A stretch of DNA of 64,000 nt, from the NCBI GenBank assembly GCA_963722765.1, contig CAVROO010000014.1, positions 450,976 through 514,975 of the forward strand. Direction: 5' to 3'. Position 1 is the stretch's first letter; every line of letters starts with the position of its first letter. This document shows positions 1 through 10,321 of this stretch, one piece after another. This stretch comes from an uncultured Acidobacteriota bacterium (GTDB lineage: Bacteria; Acidobacteriota; Vicinamibacteria; Marinacidobacterales; DATDRI01). The translations under genes were made by a program, and so were the position numbers. The notes beneath the pieces are model-generated. The model worked only from the letters and a program-made list of their open reading frames with translations. It was not told where the DNA came from and did no database searches.

Positions 1-20
1 GGAACGCTAAGAGTGATAGG

Positions 21-1337
21 ATGGAGATGATGTTGCTCGCCGAGACTGCGAGTCGTGCAGCGAAGGCGGCGTTCGTCTCCGCATGCCTTCTCCTCGACCT
101 GTCCGCCGTGGGCCGTGCTGATTGGCCGCAGTGGCGTGGTCCGGCCCGCAACGGGTCGGTGGAGGGTCACCCAAGAGGAGAAGACTGGCCGGAACGCCCC
201 GTTCTTCTCTGGGAGCGGGAGGTTGGCCAAGGCTACTCGGGCCCGATCGTCGCTCGGAACCGGATTTGGATCCACACGCGAAGGGGCGAACAAGAGGCCG
301 TGAGCAGCCCGGCCCTGGGCGACGGGGAGGAGCTTTGGACTCGACGTTACGGCGCTCCCTTCGAGCAGGACCATACTGCCCTGGCGCACGGGCGCGGTCC
401 GTACGCGACACCGGCTCTTGCCGACAAGCGGGTGATCACACTTGGAATAACGGCGGTGCTCTCGGCGTGGGACGCCGAAGCCGGCACCCTGCTTTGGCGG
501 AAGGACTACTCCGACGAGTTCGACCCGAACCATACCCTCTTCGGAGTCGCTGCCTCACCTCTTGTGTGGGAGGGGTTGTGCTTCGTGCATTTTGGTGGGC
601 CGAAAGAAGGGAAGCTCGGCGTTCCGGGACCGGGCGCCATGGTGGCGCTGAACGTCACGGACGGTCGCGAGAGGTGGCGTTGGATTGGGGACAGTCCCGG
701 CCTCGGGGCCTCACCGGTCATCCAGGTGATCCGCGGGCGGCCGCAGCTCGTGTTCAAGGCGCGAGCGATCATCGTCGGTGCGGACCCTCGCACCGGAAAG
801 GAGCTTTGGCGCATTCCCTTCAAGGTCACCGAGGACAACACCATCGTGACCCCGCTGTTCGTGGACGAGGTCCTCGTGACCTCCGACTACGACAAGGGGA
901 TGTACGCGTGGCGTATCGAGGGGGAAGGCGACTCCTGGAAGGCGCGGGAGCTCTGGCACGGGCGTGAAGCATCGTTGTTCATGAGCTCGCCGGTCGTCTC
1001 CGGAGACCTGGTCATCGGGTTCTCACACTTCAAGATGGGCCAGCTCTTCGGGCTGAATCCCCGTGACGGCCGGGTGGTGTGGCGAGGCCCGGCGAGATGG
1101 GGAGAGCACGCTTCCCTGATCGCCTGGGGTAATCAAGTGCTGGTGTTTCGCGAGGACGGGTCGCTGGTGGTGGGCGAGGTCTCTCAGGAGCAATTCCGAT
1201 TGCTGCGGACGTATCGTCTGGGAGGCGAGAAAATGTTGGGGCATCCGGCCGTGGTTGACGAGCGGATCATCATCAAGGATGGGAACCGTTTAGCCGTCTA
1301 CCGCCTGCAAACGTCCGAGCCTATGGTTCGCGAGTAG
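21..1337 (+). CDS. PQQ-like beta-propeller repeat protein (BamB/YVTN-like), probably secreted
   Basis: Intact 438-aa ORF. It has a hydrophobic N-terminus, then 'DWPQWRGPARNG' typical of PQQ-enzyme-repeat propellers, followed by repeated W/G-rich blade motifs (LLWRKDY, ELWRIPF, VVWRG). Confidence 0.7.
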   Translation: MEMMLLAETASRAAKAAFVSACLLLDLSAVGRADWPQWRGPARNGSVEGHPRGEDWPERPVLLWEREVGQGYSGPIVARNRIWIHTRRGEQEAVSSPALGDGEELWTRRYGAPFEQDHTALAHGRGPYATPALADKRVITLGITAVLSAWDAEAGTLLWRKDYSDEFDPNHTLFGVAASPLVWEGLCFVHFGGPKEGKLGVPGPGAMVALNVTDGRERWRWIGDSPGLGASPVIQVIRGRPQLVFKARAIIVGADPRTGKELWRIPFKVTEDNTIVTPLFVDEVLVTSDYDKGMYAWRIEGEGDSWKARELWHGREASLFMSSPVVSGDLVIGFSHFKMGQLFGLNPRDGRVVWRGPARWGEHASLIAWGNQVLVFREDGSLVVGEVSQEQFRLLRTYRLGGEKMLGHPAVVDERIIIKDGNRLAVYRLQTSEPMVRE

Positions 1338-1392
1338 CCGCGCGGTGCTCGGCATCCGTACTGTCGATCAAATACACATGAGGGCAAAGAAA

Positions 1393-3102
1393 ATGAAAAA
1401 TGGAACGAGTCGCATCGGAACAATCGTCTTTCTTTTCCTGCTTGTTATCATTCCAAGTTCCCTCTTAGCACAGAGCTCACTAGAAGACGTATTGCCCCCG
1501 GACATCATGCCCGTTGTTGTCTTGAGCGGCTCCGATTACGAAATGGGATTTCAGTACGGTCAGCAAGCCGGACATCTAATCGAGCGACTCAAAGACGCGG
1601 AATGGGCTTCAGCCTTGCAGAGAATGAGTCGCGAGGAGATGGACCACGAGATCAAGGCGATTCAGTATTTCATCAAGAAATTTGCCCCGGAAGCTATCGA
1701 TCAAATCAGAGGCATTGCCGACGGTGCGACGGCAGCCGGTTATGCCGTGTCCTACTCCGATGTGTTGCTCTTGAATTGCCGACTGCCCAATCCGGAATCC
1801 GCTTCCTATCCCGCCGAAGCAGAAAAAGAGGCCGTGCCCCCCAAGGGTTGCTCCGTGTGCTCTGCCTGGGGCAGCGCCAGCAAAGACGGCCGTCTGATCG
1901 GGATGGACACACACGACATTGGCGACGCGCTTTATCAACTGGTCATCGTCGCCTTTCCGGACGAAGGGAATCATTACATCTGCGGCGCCCAGGCAGGCGA
2001 AATCGGGGACCATTTCTTGATGAACAACAAGGGGCTGTTTGTGGGAAACAGCGGTGGCGGCGGTTCTCCAAGGGCTGAAGACACCGACTATGGCTTGTCC
2101 TGGTCCGTATCTTTACCTCATCTGGTTCGTTTTTCGAACAACGCCGTTGAGGCACGGGACATGCTTCTCCCCTGGAAAATCAACATTCCGGAGAATTTTC
2201 ATTTCGTCGATATCAAAGGGAATGCCTTCGTCGTGGAAAAAACGTCGGCCATCCAATGTGTGCGCAAATCGGGCGACTTCGAGGAAAAAGATTTTCTCTT
2301 TTCAACGAACAACTACCTCACTGAAAAAATGCGAGTGACCAAGGAAGGAGAATTTATCGGTCAGCATGGCGGCTACGGCGTCATGACGGCGATACCCCGC
2401 AACATGCTGCTTTGGGACATGCTTCATAACTATCACGGTCACGTGGATGCAAGCTTCATAAAAATGATTTTGCGATTTCCGGGCGACGGCCCCCCTCATC
2501 CCCCATCTGGTGGCTGGGAAACCAAGGTTCTGCGGCCATCGAATTCAAGGGTTGCCGTCGTCCTTCCCGATGACGGCGATAAAGGTATGGTGCATATCTG
2601 CACGGGGCCGGCAGGACGCGTCATTCCCGCTACCGTTAACCCGCGAGGAAGGCGGTCCACCTATCCTTATATCAACGGCACACATACGTTTTACAGGTTG
2701 ACCCTTGCGGCTGGACCAAAAGAAGTTGTTGTGGAAGCCCAAAAGGCCGCCAAAGAAGACATTGCCACCGCCTATGCTGAGTTGATGGACATGAATTATA
2801 CCGATACAGGATATGCACCCTTGAATGACCTCTATGCTTTGGCCAATAGGGAGTACTACCAGGGAAATAACTTCTACAGCAAAGCACTATTGTCTAGTGG
2901 GCATGAAGCCAATTTCTATTTTTCAAAGGCGACAACGGCATTTACCAGGTCTCAGGCCCATGCGATGCAGCTATATGAGGCACTGGTTCCGGCTCCCACG
3001 AGCCCATCAGACCTTGGACTAAAACCGTTCGGCGGTGACTGGGCTACTTGGGAGACAAAAGTAGGTCAAGCAAAATATAGCCGTGTCCCCCAGGAAAAAT
3101 GA
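1393..3102 (+). CDS. C45-family (acyl-CoA:6-APA acyltransferase-like) Ntn hydrolase, secreted or anchored
   Basis: ORF 1345..3102. The likely start is ATG 1393 (MKNGTSRIGTIVFLFLLVIIPSSLLA signal/anchor). A Gly-Cys site 'KGCSVCSAWG' fits an autoprocessing nucleophile. The family call comes from remembered motif layout only. Confidence 0.5.
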   Translation: MKNGTSRIGTIVFLFLLVIIPSSLLAQSSLEDVLPPDIMPVVVLSGSDYEMGFQYGQQAGHLIERLKDAEWASALQRMSREEMDHEIKAIQYFIKKFAPEAIDQIRGIADGATAAGYAVSYSDVLLLNCRLPNPESASYPAEAEKEAVPPKGCSVCSAWGSASKDGRLIGMDTHDIGDALYQLVIVAFPDEGNHYICGAQAGEIGDHFLMNNKGLFVGNSGGGGSPRAEDTDYGLSWSVSLPHLVRFSNNAVEARDMLLPWKINIPENFHFVDIKGNAFVVEKTSAIQCVRKSGDFEEKDFLFSTNNYLTEKMRVTKEGEFIGQHGGYGVMTAIPRNMLLWDMLHNYHGHVDASFIKMILRFPGDGPPHPPSGGWETKVLRPSNSRVAVVLPDDGDKGMVHICTGPAGRVIPATVNPRGRRSTYPYINGTHTFYRLTLAAGPKEVVVEAQKAAKEDIATAYAELMDMNYTDTGYAPLNDLYALANREYYQGNNFYSKALLSSGHEANFYFSKATTAFTRSQAHAMQLYEALVPAPTSPSDLGLKPFGGDWATWETKVGQAKYSRVPQEK

Positions 3103-3557
3103 AATCGATTGAACGAGAAGAACGACAATAAAGAATAGCAGGAGTACCATCGACTTTCTTCCAAACAATTTGAACTCGATCGGGTGCCAGGCGTAGACGG
3201 GCTTTCTTTGTCTGCCTCCGACGAAATCTCCCCGGAACTTGTAACTCCACCACTTGCGGATGGTGCCGACGCCACTCAACCCCTCCCTCGAGCGCGGCTG
3301 TGTGTCATCGCTCATAAATACAATCCTTCGTTCTGCGTCGTCGAATGGTACACGTGAAATGACACCGCTTTGCGTTTGGTTGCATATAAGCCCGTCCTCG
3401 GTGATGGTCTCAAGCCCGGGATGATTACCAGCCGTCGGGAGAGCGGTATCAAAGAGGAATGGGATCCCGGGAACGCTAATGTAGACACGGAGATGGAGCT
3501 TCTATGTCCAATATTGAGGTGGAAGTTTTGGTTATAGCTAGTGGGTTGTGCCATCAT
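3019..3557 (-). CDS. hypothetical small protein in an AT-rich island (two frames, probable indel near 3440-3450)
   Basis: Minus-strand ORFs 3312..3557 and 3019..3315, plus an open third frame, join to ...PGIPFLFDTALPTAGNHPGLETITEDGLICNQTQSGVISRVPFDDAERRIVFMSDDTQPRSREGLSGVGTIRKWWSYKFRGD... followed by a TM-like LLLFFIVVLLV. The 3' end overlaps the convergent C45 gene by about 84 nt. I recognise no family. Confidence 0.2.
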
Positions 3558-3586
3558 GTTTCCACGAAGGTTTTTTGGGGGGAAGA

Positions 3587-4622
3587 ATGATCATCGTATT
3601 TGAGACCAACGCAACCGAAGGACAAATCAAAGGGACGGAAGAGGAAATCCGTAAACTGGGACTGGACGTTCACCGATCCGACGGAGCCCAGCACACTATC
3701 TTGGGTGTTGTCGGCGACCGTAGCCGTGTCGACATCATGACGTTCAAGGTGATGCCTGGAATACGGGATGTCGTCCCTGTCTCATCGCCATACAAGCTTG
3801 CGAGCCGGGACTTCCATCCCGAGGATTCCGTCGTCTACGTCAAAGACCTCCCCGTTGGTGGTCGTGAGGTCGTCATGATAGCGGGACCTTGCGCTGTCGA
3901 AAGCCAGGATCAGATTCGATCAAACGGCTCGCTTCGTGGCGGAAAAAGGTGCACGAATACTGCGAGGCGGGGCGTTCAAGCCACGGACTTCGCCGTACTC
4001 TTTTCAAGGTTTGGGCGAGGAAGCGCTGAAGATGCTCCGCCAGCCGCCGATCCTCTCGGCCTCGCGATAGTGACAGAAGTGATGACGATCGAACAGATCG
4101 ATCTTGTTTCCCGAGTATGCGGATTTGCTGCAAGTGGGCGCGCGCAATATGCAGAACTTTCCCCTTCTGACTCGACTCGGTGAAACCAAAAAACCGGTGC
4201 TTCTGAAAAGAGGGCTCGCAGCGACGATCCAGGACTGGTTGATGAGTGCGGAATACATCCTGTCCTCGGGTAACGCCAACGTCATTCTTTGCGAGCGCGG
4301 GATCCGTACGTTCGAGTCGGCCACCCGTAATACGCTCGATCTCTCAGCGGTGCCCGTGATCCGACACCTATCCCACTTACCTATTATCGTTGATCCGAGC
4401 CATGGCGTCGGCGATCGCCGATACGTATCGGCCATGGCGCGGGCGGCCGTCGCAGCGGGTGCCGACGGGGTTATGGTAGAGGTGCATCCCAACCCGGACA
4501 GCGCCAAGTCTGATGGCCCGCAGTCCTTGAATCTAGAACAGTTCGGCGTGCTCATGAATCGCTGCCGCATCATTGCGACCACGCTTGGGAGGCAAATCAC
4601 CAAGGGTAGCCACCGTGGTTGA
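3587..4622 (+). CDS. 3-deoxy-7-phosphoheptulonate (DAHP) synthase, type I-beta with N-terminal ferredoxin-like regulatory domain; 3 frame disruptions
   Basis: The sequence [16 protein letters not shown]...[11 protein letters not shown], then (other frame) [41 protein letters not shown], then [14 protein letters not shown], then [19 protein letters not shown]...[10 protein letters not shown]...DGVMVEVHP matches the Thermotoga-type DAHPS layout. Shifts lie at about 3914, about 4043 and 4110-4112 (CCC run). Confidence 0.85.
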
Positions 4623-5719
4623 AACGAACGTGACGGTCGTTGGCTGCGGGTTGATTGGAGGTTCGATCTGCTTGGCGCTCAAGCGGAGCCACCCCGACTG
4701 GCATATTACGGCGTTGGATCGGGGTGAACGCATCCCAGCGATGGAAGAGGCTGGAATCGCGGATCAGTACGGCTCCTTCGAAGAGGTGGAAACCCATGTA
4801 TCCCGAGAGCTCCATTGTTATCTTGGCCACCCCTGTAGAGGTGATTCTGGAGCAACTCGAACAAATAGCACCTCATCTGCGTGAAGGTACCATTGTTACT
4901 GATGTGGGCAGTGTCAAGTCTCCTATCATGGAGCGCGCGCGGGAGGTTTTGCCCGAGAGCGTATGTTTCATTGGAGGTCATCCGATTGCAGGATCTGAGG
5001 TGTCTGGCGTACAAGCCGCGGATCCGCTCGTCTTCAAGGAGCGGGTCTACGTGCTTTGTCCATTCTACGACACGCCGGCCGAAGCGCTGCTTACCCTCAT
5101 TGAGATGGCAGAAGCTTTGCTGGCATGGCCGGTCACCATTGAGCCGGAGGAGCACGATCGGGTCATGGCCATGGTCTCTCACGTGCCGCAGCTGTTGTCC
5201 GTCGCATTGTTCAAGGCGGCCGTGGATGATGATACCGGTCATGGCATGTTGGACCTTTTGGGGGGGCGGGGATTTCTCGGCCTCACGAGACTGGCTGCTT
5301 CGGACTTCAGAGTGTGGAACGGGATCTTGCAGACCAATCTACCGTATATCCGTCGAGCCTTTGATCGACTGGAGGAGAGTCTGGCGACACTGCGTATCGA
5401 AATGGATCGCGGTGAGCTTGCGAAGCTGTGGGAGCCACTGAGTCAACGTCGTCGAGAGATGGGGCTCGAACGGTTGCCCCGCATGCGGTTGCCGGAATGG
5501 CGCCAACTCATCGATCAATGTGACGAAGAGATCCTGAGGGCCTTGTCACATCGCATTCAGGTGGCGTCGCGGATCGGTGAGCTGAAACGTCACCGAGACT
5601 CTCCAGTATCGGATCCGGACCGGGAAAGGCGGATGATGGCGAAGCGACATCTGTGGGCCAAGACCCTCGATGTGCCGACGGGATTGGTGGACGAGTTGTT
5701 CGACATCATCATGAAATGA
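4615..5719 (+). CDS. tyrA: prephenate dehydrogenase fused to C-terminal chorismate mutase (TyrA-CM); 1 frame disruption
   Basis: The Rossmann motif '[19 protein letters not shown]' lies in frame of ORF 4573. The remainder ([13 protein letters not shown]...TDVGSVK...GGHPIAGSE...SHVPQLL) lies in frame of ORF 4655, with the shift at about 4790-4805. The C-terminal AroQ-like CM segment reads '[28 protein letters not shown]'. The GTG 4615 start overlaps the DAHPS stop. Confidence 0.8.
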
Positions 5720-5767
5720 TTCCAGGCAAACTCAATCGCCACTCGAATTCGATAAACAGGACGTTAG

Positions 5768-5932
5768 CTAGTGCCCTGTGTCAGTAATTCGTCACCTAAA
5801 TCTCGGCCCCTTTTGCGCGCTGACTGCGTTGCGCCTCCTCGAAATATCACGATATATCTTCGTCGGCACGCCTTGCCAGCACACAAAATGACCTCGAGCT
5901 TTATGCAACGATCCACTGATACAGGACACTAG
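5768..5932. repeat. long imperfect palindrome (about 80-nt arms, CTAGTG...CACTAG ends)
   Basis: The left arm ctagtgccctgtgtcagtaattcgtcacctaaatctcggccccttttgcgcgctg aligns with the reverse complement of the right arm ctagtgtcctgtatcagtggatcgttgcataaagctcgaggtcattttgtgtgctg at roughly 70% identity by eye. Confidence 0.5.
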
Positions 5933-6037
5933 CCCTGACGCGGCAGAGCCGCAACCAAAAGGGTTATCGCGGCTTGCCGTCAGCCGTCAGCTCACGGAAG
6001 ATCGTTCACTTTTTGCATTCAATTTCACTCATCAGGA
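5933..6037 (+). repeat. repeat B, copy 1 (TIR-like CCCTGACGCGG start, stem-loop, GTCAG-word arm, ...TTTTTGCATTCAATTTCACTCATCAGG end)
   Basis: About 105 nt, closely similar to 26072..26197. It is preceded by CTAG. Confidence 0.55.
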
Positions 6038-6101
6038 CTGAAGCGACCATTAATGAGCGAAATCAGCTTTGGCAGGCGCAACAAAAGCTATGATAGTCGC
6101 C
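6038..6101 (-). mobile_element. truncated MITE fragment (right-end TIR, inverted orientation)
   Basis: ctgaagcgaccattaatgagcgaaatcagctttggcaggcgcaacaaaagctatgatagtcgcc matches the reverse complement of the right about 65 nt of the full MITE copies. It breaks off just before the GNAT gene stop. Confidence 0.5.
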
Positions 6102-6122
6102 GTTATGGACGGGCGACGAGGA

Positions 6123-6953
6123 CTATCCGTCGCGCACCAGGATCGCTCGCGTGTAGAGCAGGTGGAATCCTTGTCGCTGCGCGTTCTCCTGGGACTTCGA
6201 TCCCGGCTGGGTGGTGACGACCGTAACGTCGCATCCGCCTTCGGTTGCCGCTGCGAGGCGGTGGGCCAGAAGTGCGCTCTGGACGCCCCGTCGGCGGTGT
6301 TCGGGGAGCGTCGCGGCGCCGCATAGCTGAGCGACGCCCTCGAAGAGGCGCATGCTGGCCCCTCCGGCCGGCTCGCCCTCGCGACGGGCGAGATACCGCA
6401 CGAATCCTTCGGCCGAGGCCATGTCCGCCATCACACCCTCCAGAAGCTCGCGAGGGAACTCCTCGTGGGACGGCAGGCCCTGGGCATCGGGATTGGCGAA
6501 GCCGGTCACGACGACGTCGAGCCACGAGGTCAGCTCCTCCGGGGAGCTGACCTCGATCTCGATGCCGTCACCTCGCGGTGGTGGCGTCTCAACCGGCAGT
6601 GATCGTCCGAGGACGTTCTCGAACCCCCGCAGGCGGTACCCTCGCCCGGTAAGGAGTGCGCCGATAGAAGGCTCGGCCAAGCAGGACAGTTCGACCTGTA
6701 CCGGTGATCCGCGTTTGGCGAAGGCCGCTTCGACCGCGGCGAGCTGATCCTCCTCGAGCACGCCGGCGAAGCCGAGCCCCGCCACCTTGTTCGAGGGGAG
6801 ATCCCTCGGTGGTGAACGTTGCCACTCCGCCGGCTATCGGGGTGATGAACGCCGGAGCCTCGGGTGGTGATGTGCTGCCGCTCTTGCGCTGTCCTCGTTC
6901 AGGCGGCTCTCGGCACCCTCGATGCGGGCGACGAGGGACGTGCTTGCGAACAT
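6123..6953 (-). CDS. GNAT family N-acetyltransferase; 1 frame disruption
   Basis: ATG 6953 with a GGAGG RBS gives MFASTSLVARIEGAESRL...GGVATFTTEGSPL. The conserved 'SPLNKVAGLGF' is restored by removing one base at about 6792. The C-terminal acetyl-CoA region reads 'LPEHRRRGVQSALLAHRL'. Confidence 0.7.
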
Positions 6954-7200
6954 TTCCTTACTTGCCTCCGTACAAGACGTTCAACTCCCCTCGAACACGG
7001 ACCGGATCAAAGGTCCGACCTCGCAGCGGAGTCGGACTGCGGACGTGATGGTATCAAGTTTTGTGGAACTGGCAGATGAGTTGGAAGAAAACATGACGGT
7101 CCGCACAATGTCGCGACACAAGCGGTCGAACGGCCAATAAGAGAACCCCTCAATTTGAGAACGGGGTAAATAGAAGGGACAGGCATCGTATTGATAGCCG

Positions 7201-10200
7201 TTATGTGCGGGCGACGACCGATTCACCTTCGGGTTTGATCGTGGCGTGGCGAGACAGGGAGGCGTAGACTGTGGGCGTAACGACGAGCGAAAACAATACC
7301 GACATCACCAGCGCGCCGATCACCGCGATGGCGAGCGGCTTGAGCATGCCCGCCCCGGTGCCCAGACCGTACGCCAGCGGTAGCATGGCGAATCCCGTGG
7401 ACAGCGAGGTCATCAGCACCGGCCGCAGTCGGCGACGTCCCGACCGGACCAGCGCTTCCACCGTCGGCACACCGTCGGCGATGACCTGACCCACCATGTC
7501 CAGCATGAGGATGCCGTTCTTGGCGACCACGCCGAATCCGATGATGGCGCCGAGGTACGAGACGACATTGAGCGAGGTGTCGGTCAGCCACAGCGCCAGA
7601 AGTGTCCCCGACAGTGCAAGGACAGAGCCCGTCGCAATGGCGACGGGTCCGCGAAAAGAACGGAACTCGACGAGCAAGACCGTAAAGACGAGCACGATCG
7701 CCATCGCGAGCACCAGCCCGAGATTGCGGAAGGCGGCCTGCTGCTGCTCGAAGAGGCCCGCATACTCCACCGTCCCCGGCGGGAACGAGAACTTGGATTG
7801 AATCGTCTGCTGAATGTCGCGCATCGCACTCCCGAGGTCGCGACCTTCGAGCCGGGCTGTCACCGAGACGTCCTGTCGTAAATCATCTCGCCTCAGCTCG
7901 ATCTGCCCCGATTCCTCGACGACCCTCACGACCTGGGACAGCTGCACAGCCTGACCGTCCGCCGCCCGGATCGGAAGCCGCGCGAACTCCTTTGCCGTCG
8001 CGATGTGCGCCGGATCGACCTTGACCCGGATCGGTATCAGACGGTCGCCCAGCAGGAGCGCCGATGGCGTGAGCCCTAGCATCGCCCCGCGGGCGGCGAC
8101 CGCGATGTCTTCACCCGTGACACCGACGCGCCGTGCGTCGATCTGGCGCAGGCTAAGTCTCAGCGTGTCTCCGGCATAGTTAAGCCCGTTGAACGTGTCA
8201 ACGACGCCGGGTACCTCCCGGATCGCGGCTTCGATCTCGGGTGCCCGCGCTTTCAGATACGCCAAATCCGTCGAATACAACCGCACCTCGATCGGCTTGG
8301 GCGCCCACATCAGATCGCCGATGAGGTCGTTGAGGATCGCCGGAAACTCCCACTCCACTTCCGGGAACGCGTTCGTATATTGCCGGCGGACGTCTGCAAT
8401 GACTTCCGCGGTTTCGCGCCGGCGATCCGGCCGGAGCTTCACGAGGATGTCACCCGTGTTCGGCGGGGTAACTGCCAGCGCCAGGCGCGCACCCGCCCGA
8501 CGGGAGTAGCTTTCGACCTCAGGGACGGCTTGCAGCAGTGCCTCGGCCTGGAGCAGCATTCGGTTGCTTTCCGTCAGACTGGCGCCGGGCCGCATCCGGT
8601 AGTCGATGACAAACCCGCCGTCATCCATCTCCGGCAGGAAGTCCGTCGCGATGCTTGTGTAGAGAGAGACACTCATGACGATGACGGCGAGGCAAGTGAG
8701 CATGGTGGCCCAGCGCCATCGGAGGGCGCCGAGAAGCAGTGTGTGGTAGGCGCGCGCGACCGACCCGGTCATGGTGGCCCGCTCATGGCGATCTTTGTGG
8801 CTGTTGGCCTCCCCGTCTCGCATCAGCGCATGGACGAGGACGGGTGTGAAGGTGAGAGCGAGGACCAGCGAGGAAAGTAGGGCGACGACCATCGTCAGCG
8901 CCAGCGCGCGAAAGAACGCTCCCGCGATCCCATCCAGAAATGCGAGCGGTACGAAGACCACCACCGGCGTGACCGTGGACGCCAATAGAGGGCGGAGGAT
9001 GTCGGCGATCCCAGAACGCACCGCGTCCAGGCGGCTCAGATCTTGACTGCGCATGGTGTGAATGGCCTCGACCACGACGATGGCGTCGTCGATCACCAGT
9101 CCCACGGCGGCTGCCAATCCACCGAGCGTCATTAGGTTGAACGTCATACCCGCGACTTTCATGATCGCAATCGTGGTCAACAATGTCACCGGGATGACTA
9201 GTGCTGCCGCTAGGGTGGTGCGCCAACTGCGGAGGAAGAGCAGCATGATTCCCACCGACAGCACCAGTCCGATGGAGATCGCTTCCCAGACGGCCCGCAC
9301 CGACTCACGAACGATGAGCGATTGGTCATAGAAGAACGTGAGCTTCATGTCAGGTGGAAGCTCTCGTTCGAGCGCTCGAATCTCGCGCCCCACGTCGCGC
9401 GCGATTTGCAGCGTGGCCCCGTTGGGCTGACTGCGCACGTTGATGAGCACCGCGTCGGCACCCTCTGCGGTCACGCGCGTGAACACCGGCTCCTCACCAC
9501 GTTCGATGCGGGCGACATCCGAGACACGAACCGGCGTGCCATCGGTCATGGCGATCACCACGTCGCCAATCTCCTCGCGGGTTCGAGCGCGGCCGTCCAC
9601 CACGGCCAGATAGAGCGTGTGGTTCTCTTCGTGCATGCCCGCCGGCTCGATTAAGTTGTTTCGGGCGAGGGCATTGCTCACCGCCGGCAGGTCGAGGTTT
9701 CTCGCCAGCAATCTGGCGGGATCCACGATCACGTGGAACTCCGGCGCTCGCCCGCCCACGAGGTCCACGCGGGCGACGCCCGGCACACGCAAGAAACGAG
9801 GTTTGATGGTATAGCGAGCCGTCTCCCAGAGCGTCATCAAATCACGCGACGGGCTCGTGAGACTCACGCCGAGAATCGGGAACGCCGAGAACGTAAGCCG
9901 ATGCACCGTCGTCGTGGCCGTGGACGGCAGTGAGCTTCGCACCTGCGCGAGCCGTCCCAGGACGTAGAGCTCGGCCCGCACCATGTCCGTTGACCAGTCG
10001 AAGAACACGTTGATGTCGGCGGTGCCCTGGCCGGTCTGCGACCGGAGAGTCACCGCGCCCGGCACATCCTTCATCGCTTCCTCGATCGGCCGTGTGATGG
10101 TCGCCATCATCTCGTCGGCCGCGGCGACACCGTTGTCCACGAGAATAACCACGCGTGGAAAATCGGTTGGGGGGAACACCGAGGATGTGAGCGTCCAGGC

Positions 10201-10320
10201 CGAATAGACGCCCGCCACGCACAGGATGATCGACACAAAGACTATCGGCTTCGTGTAGGACACCGCCCAGTCGCCGATTCCGCGCTCGGGCGGATTCTCT
10301 TCCAATGTTTTCACCTTCAA
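7201..10320 (-). CDS. efflux RND transporter permease subunit (AcrB/CzcA superfamily)
   Basis: An intact ORF of about 1040 aa with 12-TM RND architecture and typical segments (GLVIDDAIVVVE, GAIIGFGVVAKNGILM). The probable TTG/GTG start at 10320/10314 abuts the adaptor gene stop at 10322. Confidence 0.9.
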   Translation of the reverse strand: MKVKTLEENPPERGIGDWAVSYTKPIVFVSIILCVAGVYSAWTLTSSVFPPTDFPRVVILVDNGVAAADEMMATITRPIEEAMKDVPGAVTLRSQTGQGTADINVFFDWSTDMVRAELYVLGRLAQVRSSLPSTATTTVHRLTFSAFPILGVSLTSPSRDLMTLWETARYTIKPRFLRVPGVARVDLVGGRAPEFHVIVDPARLLARNLDLPAVSNALARNNLIEPAGMHEENHTLYLAVVDGRARTREEIGDVVIAMTDGTPVRVSDVARIERGEEPVFTRVTAEGADAVLINVRSQPNGATLQIARDVGREIRALERELPPDMKLTFFYDQSLIVRESVRAVWEAISIGLVLSVGIMLLFLRSWRTTLAAALVIPVTLLTTIAIMKVAGMTFNLMTLGGLAAAVGLVIDDAIVVVEAIHTMRSQDLSRLDAVRSGIADILRPLLASTVTPVVVFVPLAFLDGIAGAFFRALALTMVVALLSSLVLALTFTPVLVHALMRDGEANSHKDRHERATMTGSVARAYHTLLLGALRWRWATMLTCLAVIVMSVSLYTSIATDFLPEMDDGGFVIDYRMRPGASLTESNRMLLQAEALLQAVPEVESYSRRAGARLALAVTPPNTGDILVKLRPDRRRETAEVIADVRRQYTNAFPEVEWEFPAILNDLIGDLMWAPKPIEVRLYSTDLAYLKARAPEIEAAIREVPGVVDTFNGLNYAGDTLRLSLRQIDARRVGVTGEDIAVAARGAMLGLTPSALLLGDRLIPIRVKVDPAHIATAKEFARLPIRAADGQAVQLSQVVRVVEESGQIELRRDDLRQDVSVTARLEGRDLGSAMRDIQQTIQSKFSFPPGTVEYAGLFEQQQAAFRNLGLVLAMAIVLVFTVLLVEFRSFRGPVAIATGSVLALSGTLLALWLTDTSLNVVSYLGAIIGFGVVAKNGILMLDMVGQVIADGVPTVEALVRSGRRRLRPVLMTSLSTGFAMLPLAYGLGTGAGMLKPLAIAVIGALVMSVLFSLVVTPTVYASLSRHATIKPEGESVVART

Positions 10321-10321
10321 A

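Noticed and set aside
7070-7085. Sigma-54-like promoter TGGCAG-N5-TTGGA.
   Set aside because: No plus-strand gene follows it; the RND operon and GNAT gene flank it on the minus strand. It is a single near-consensus hit and likely chance.
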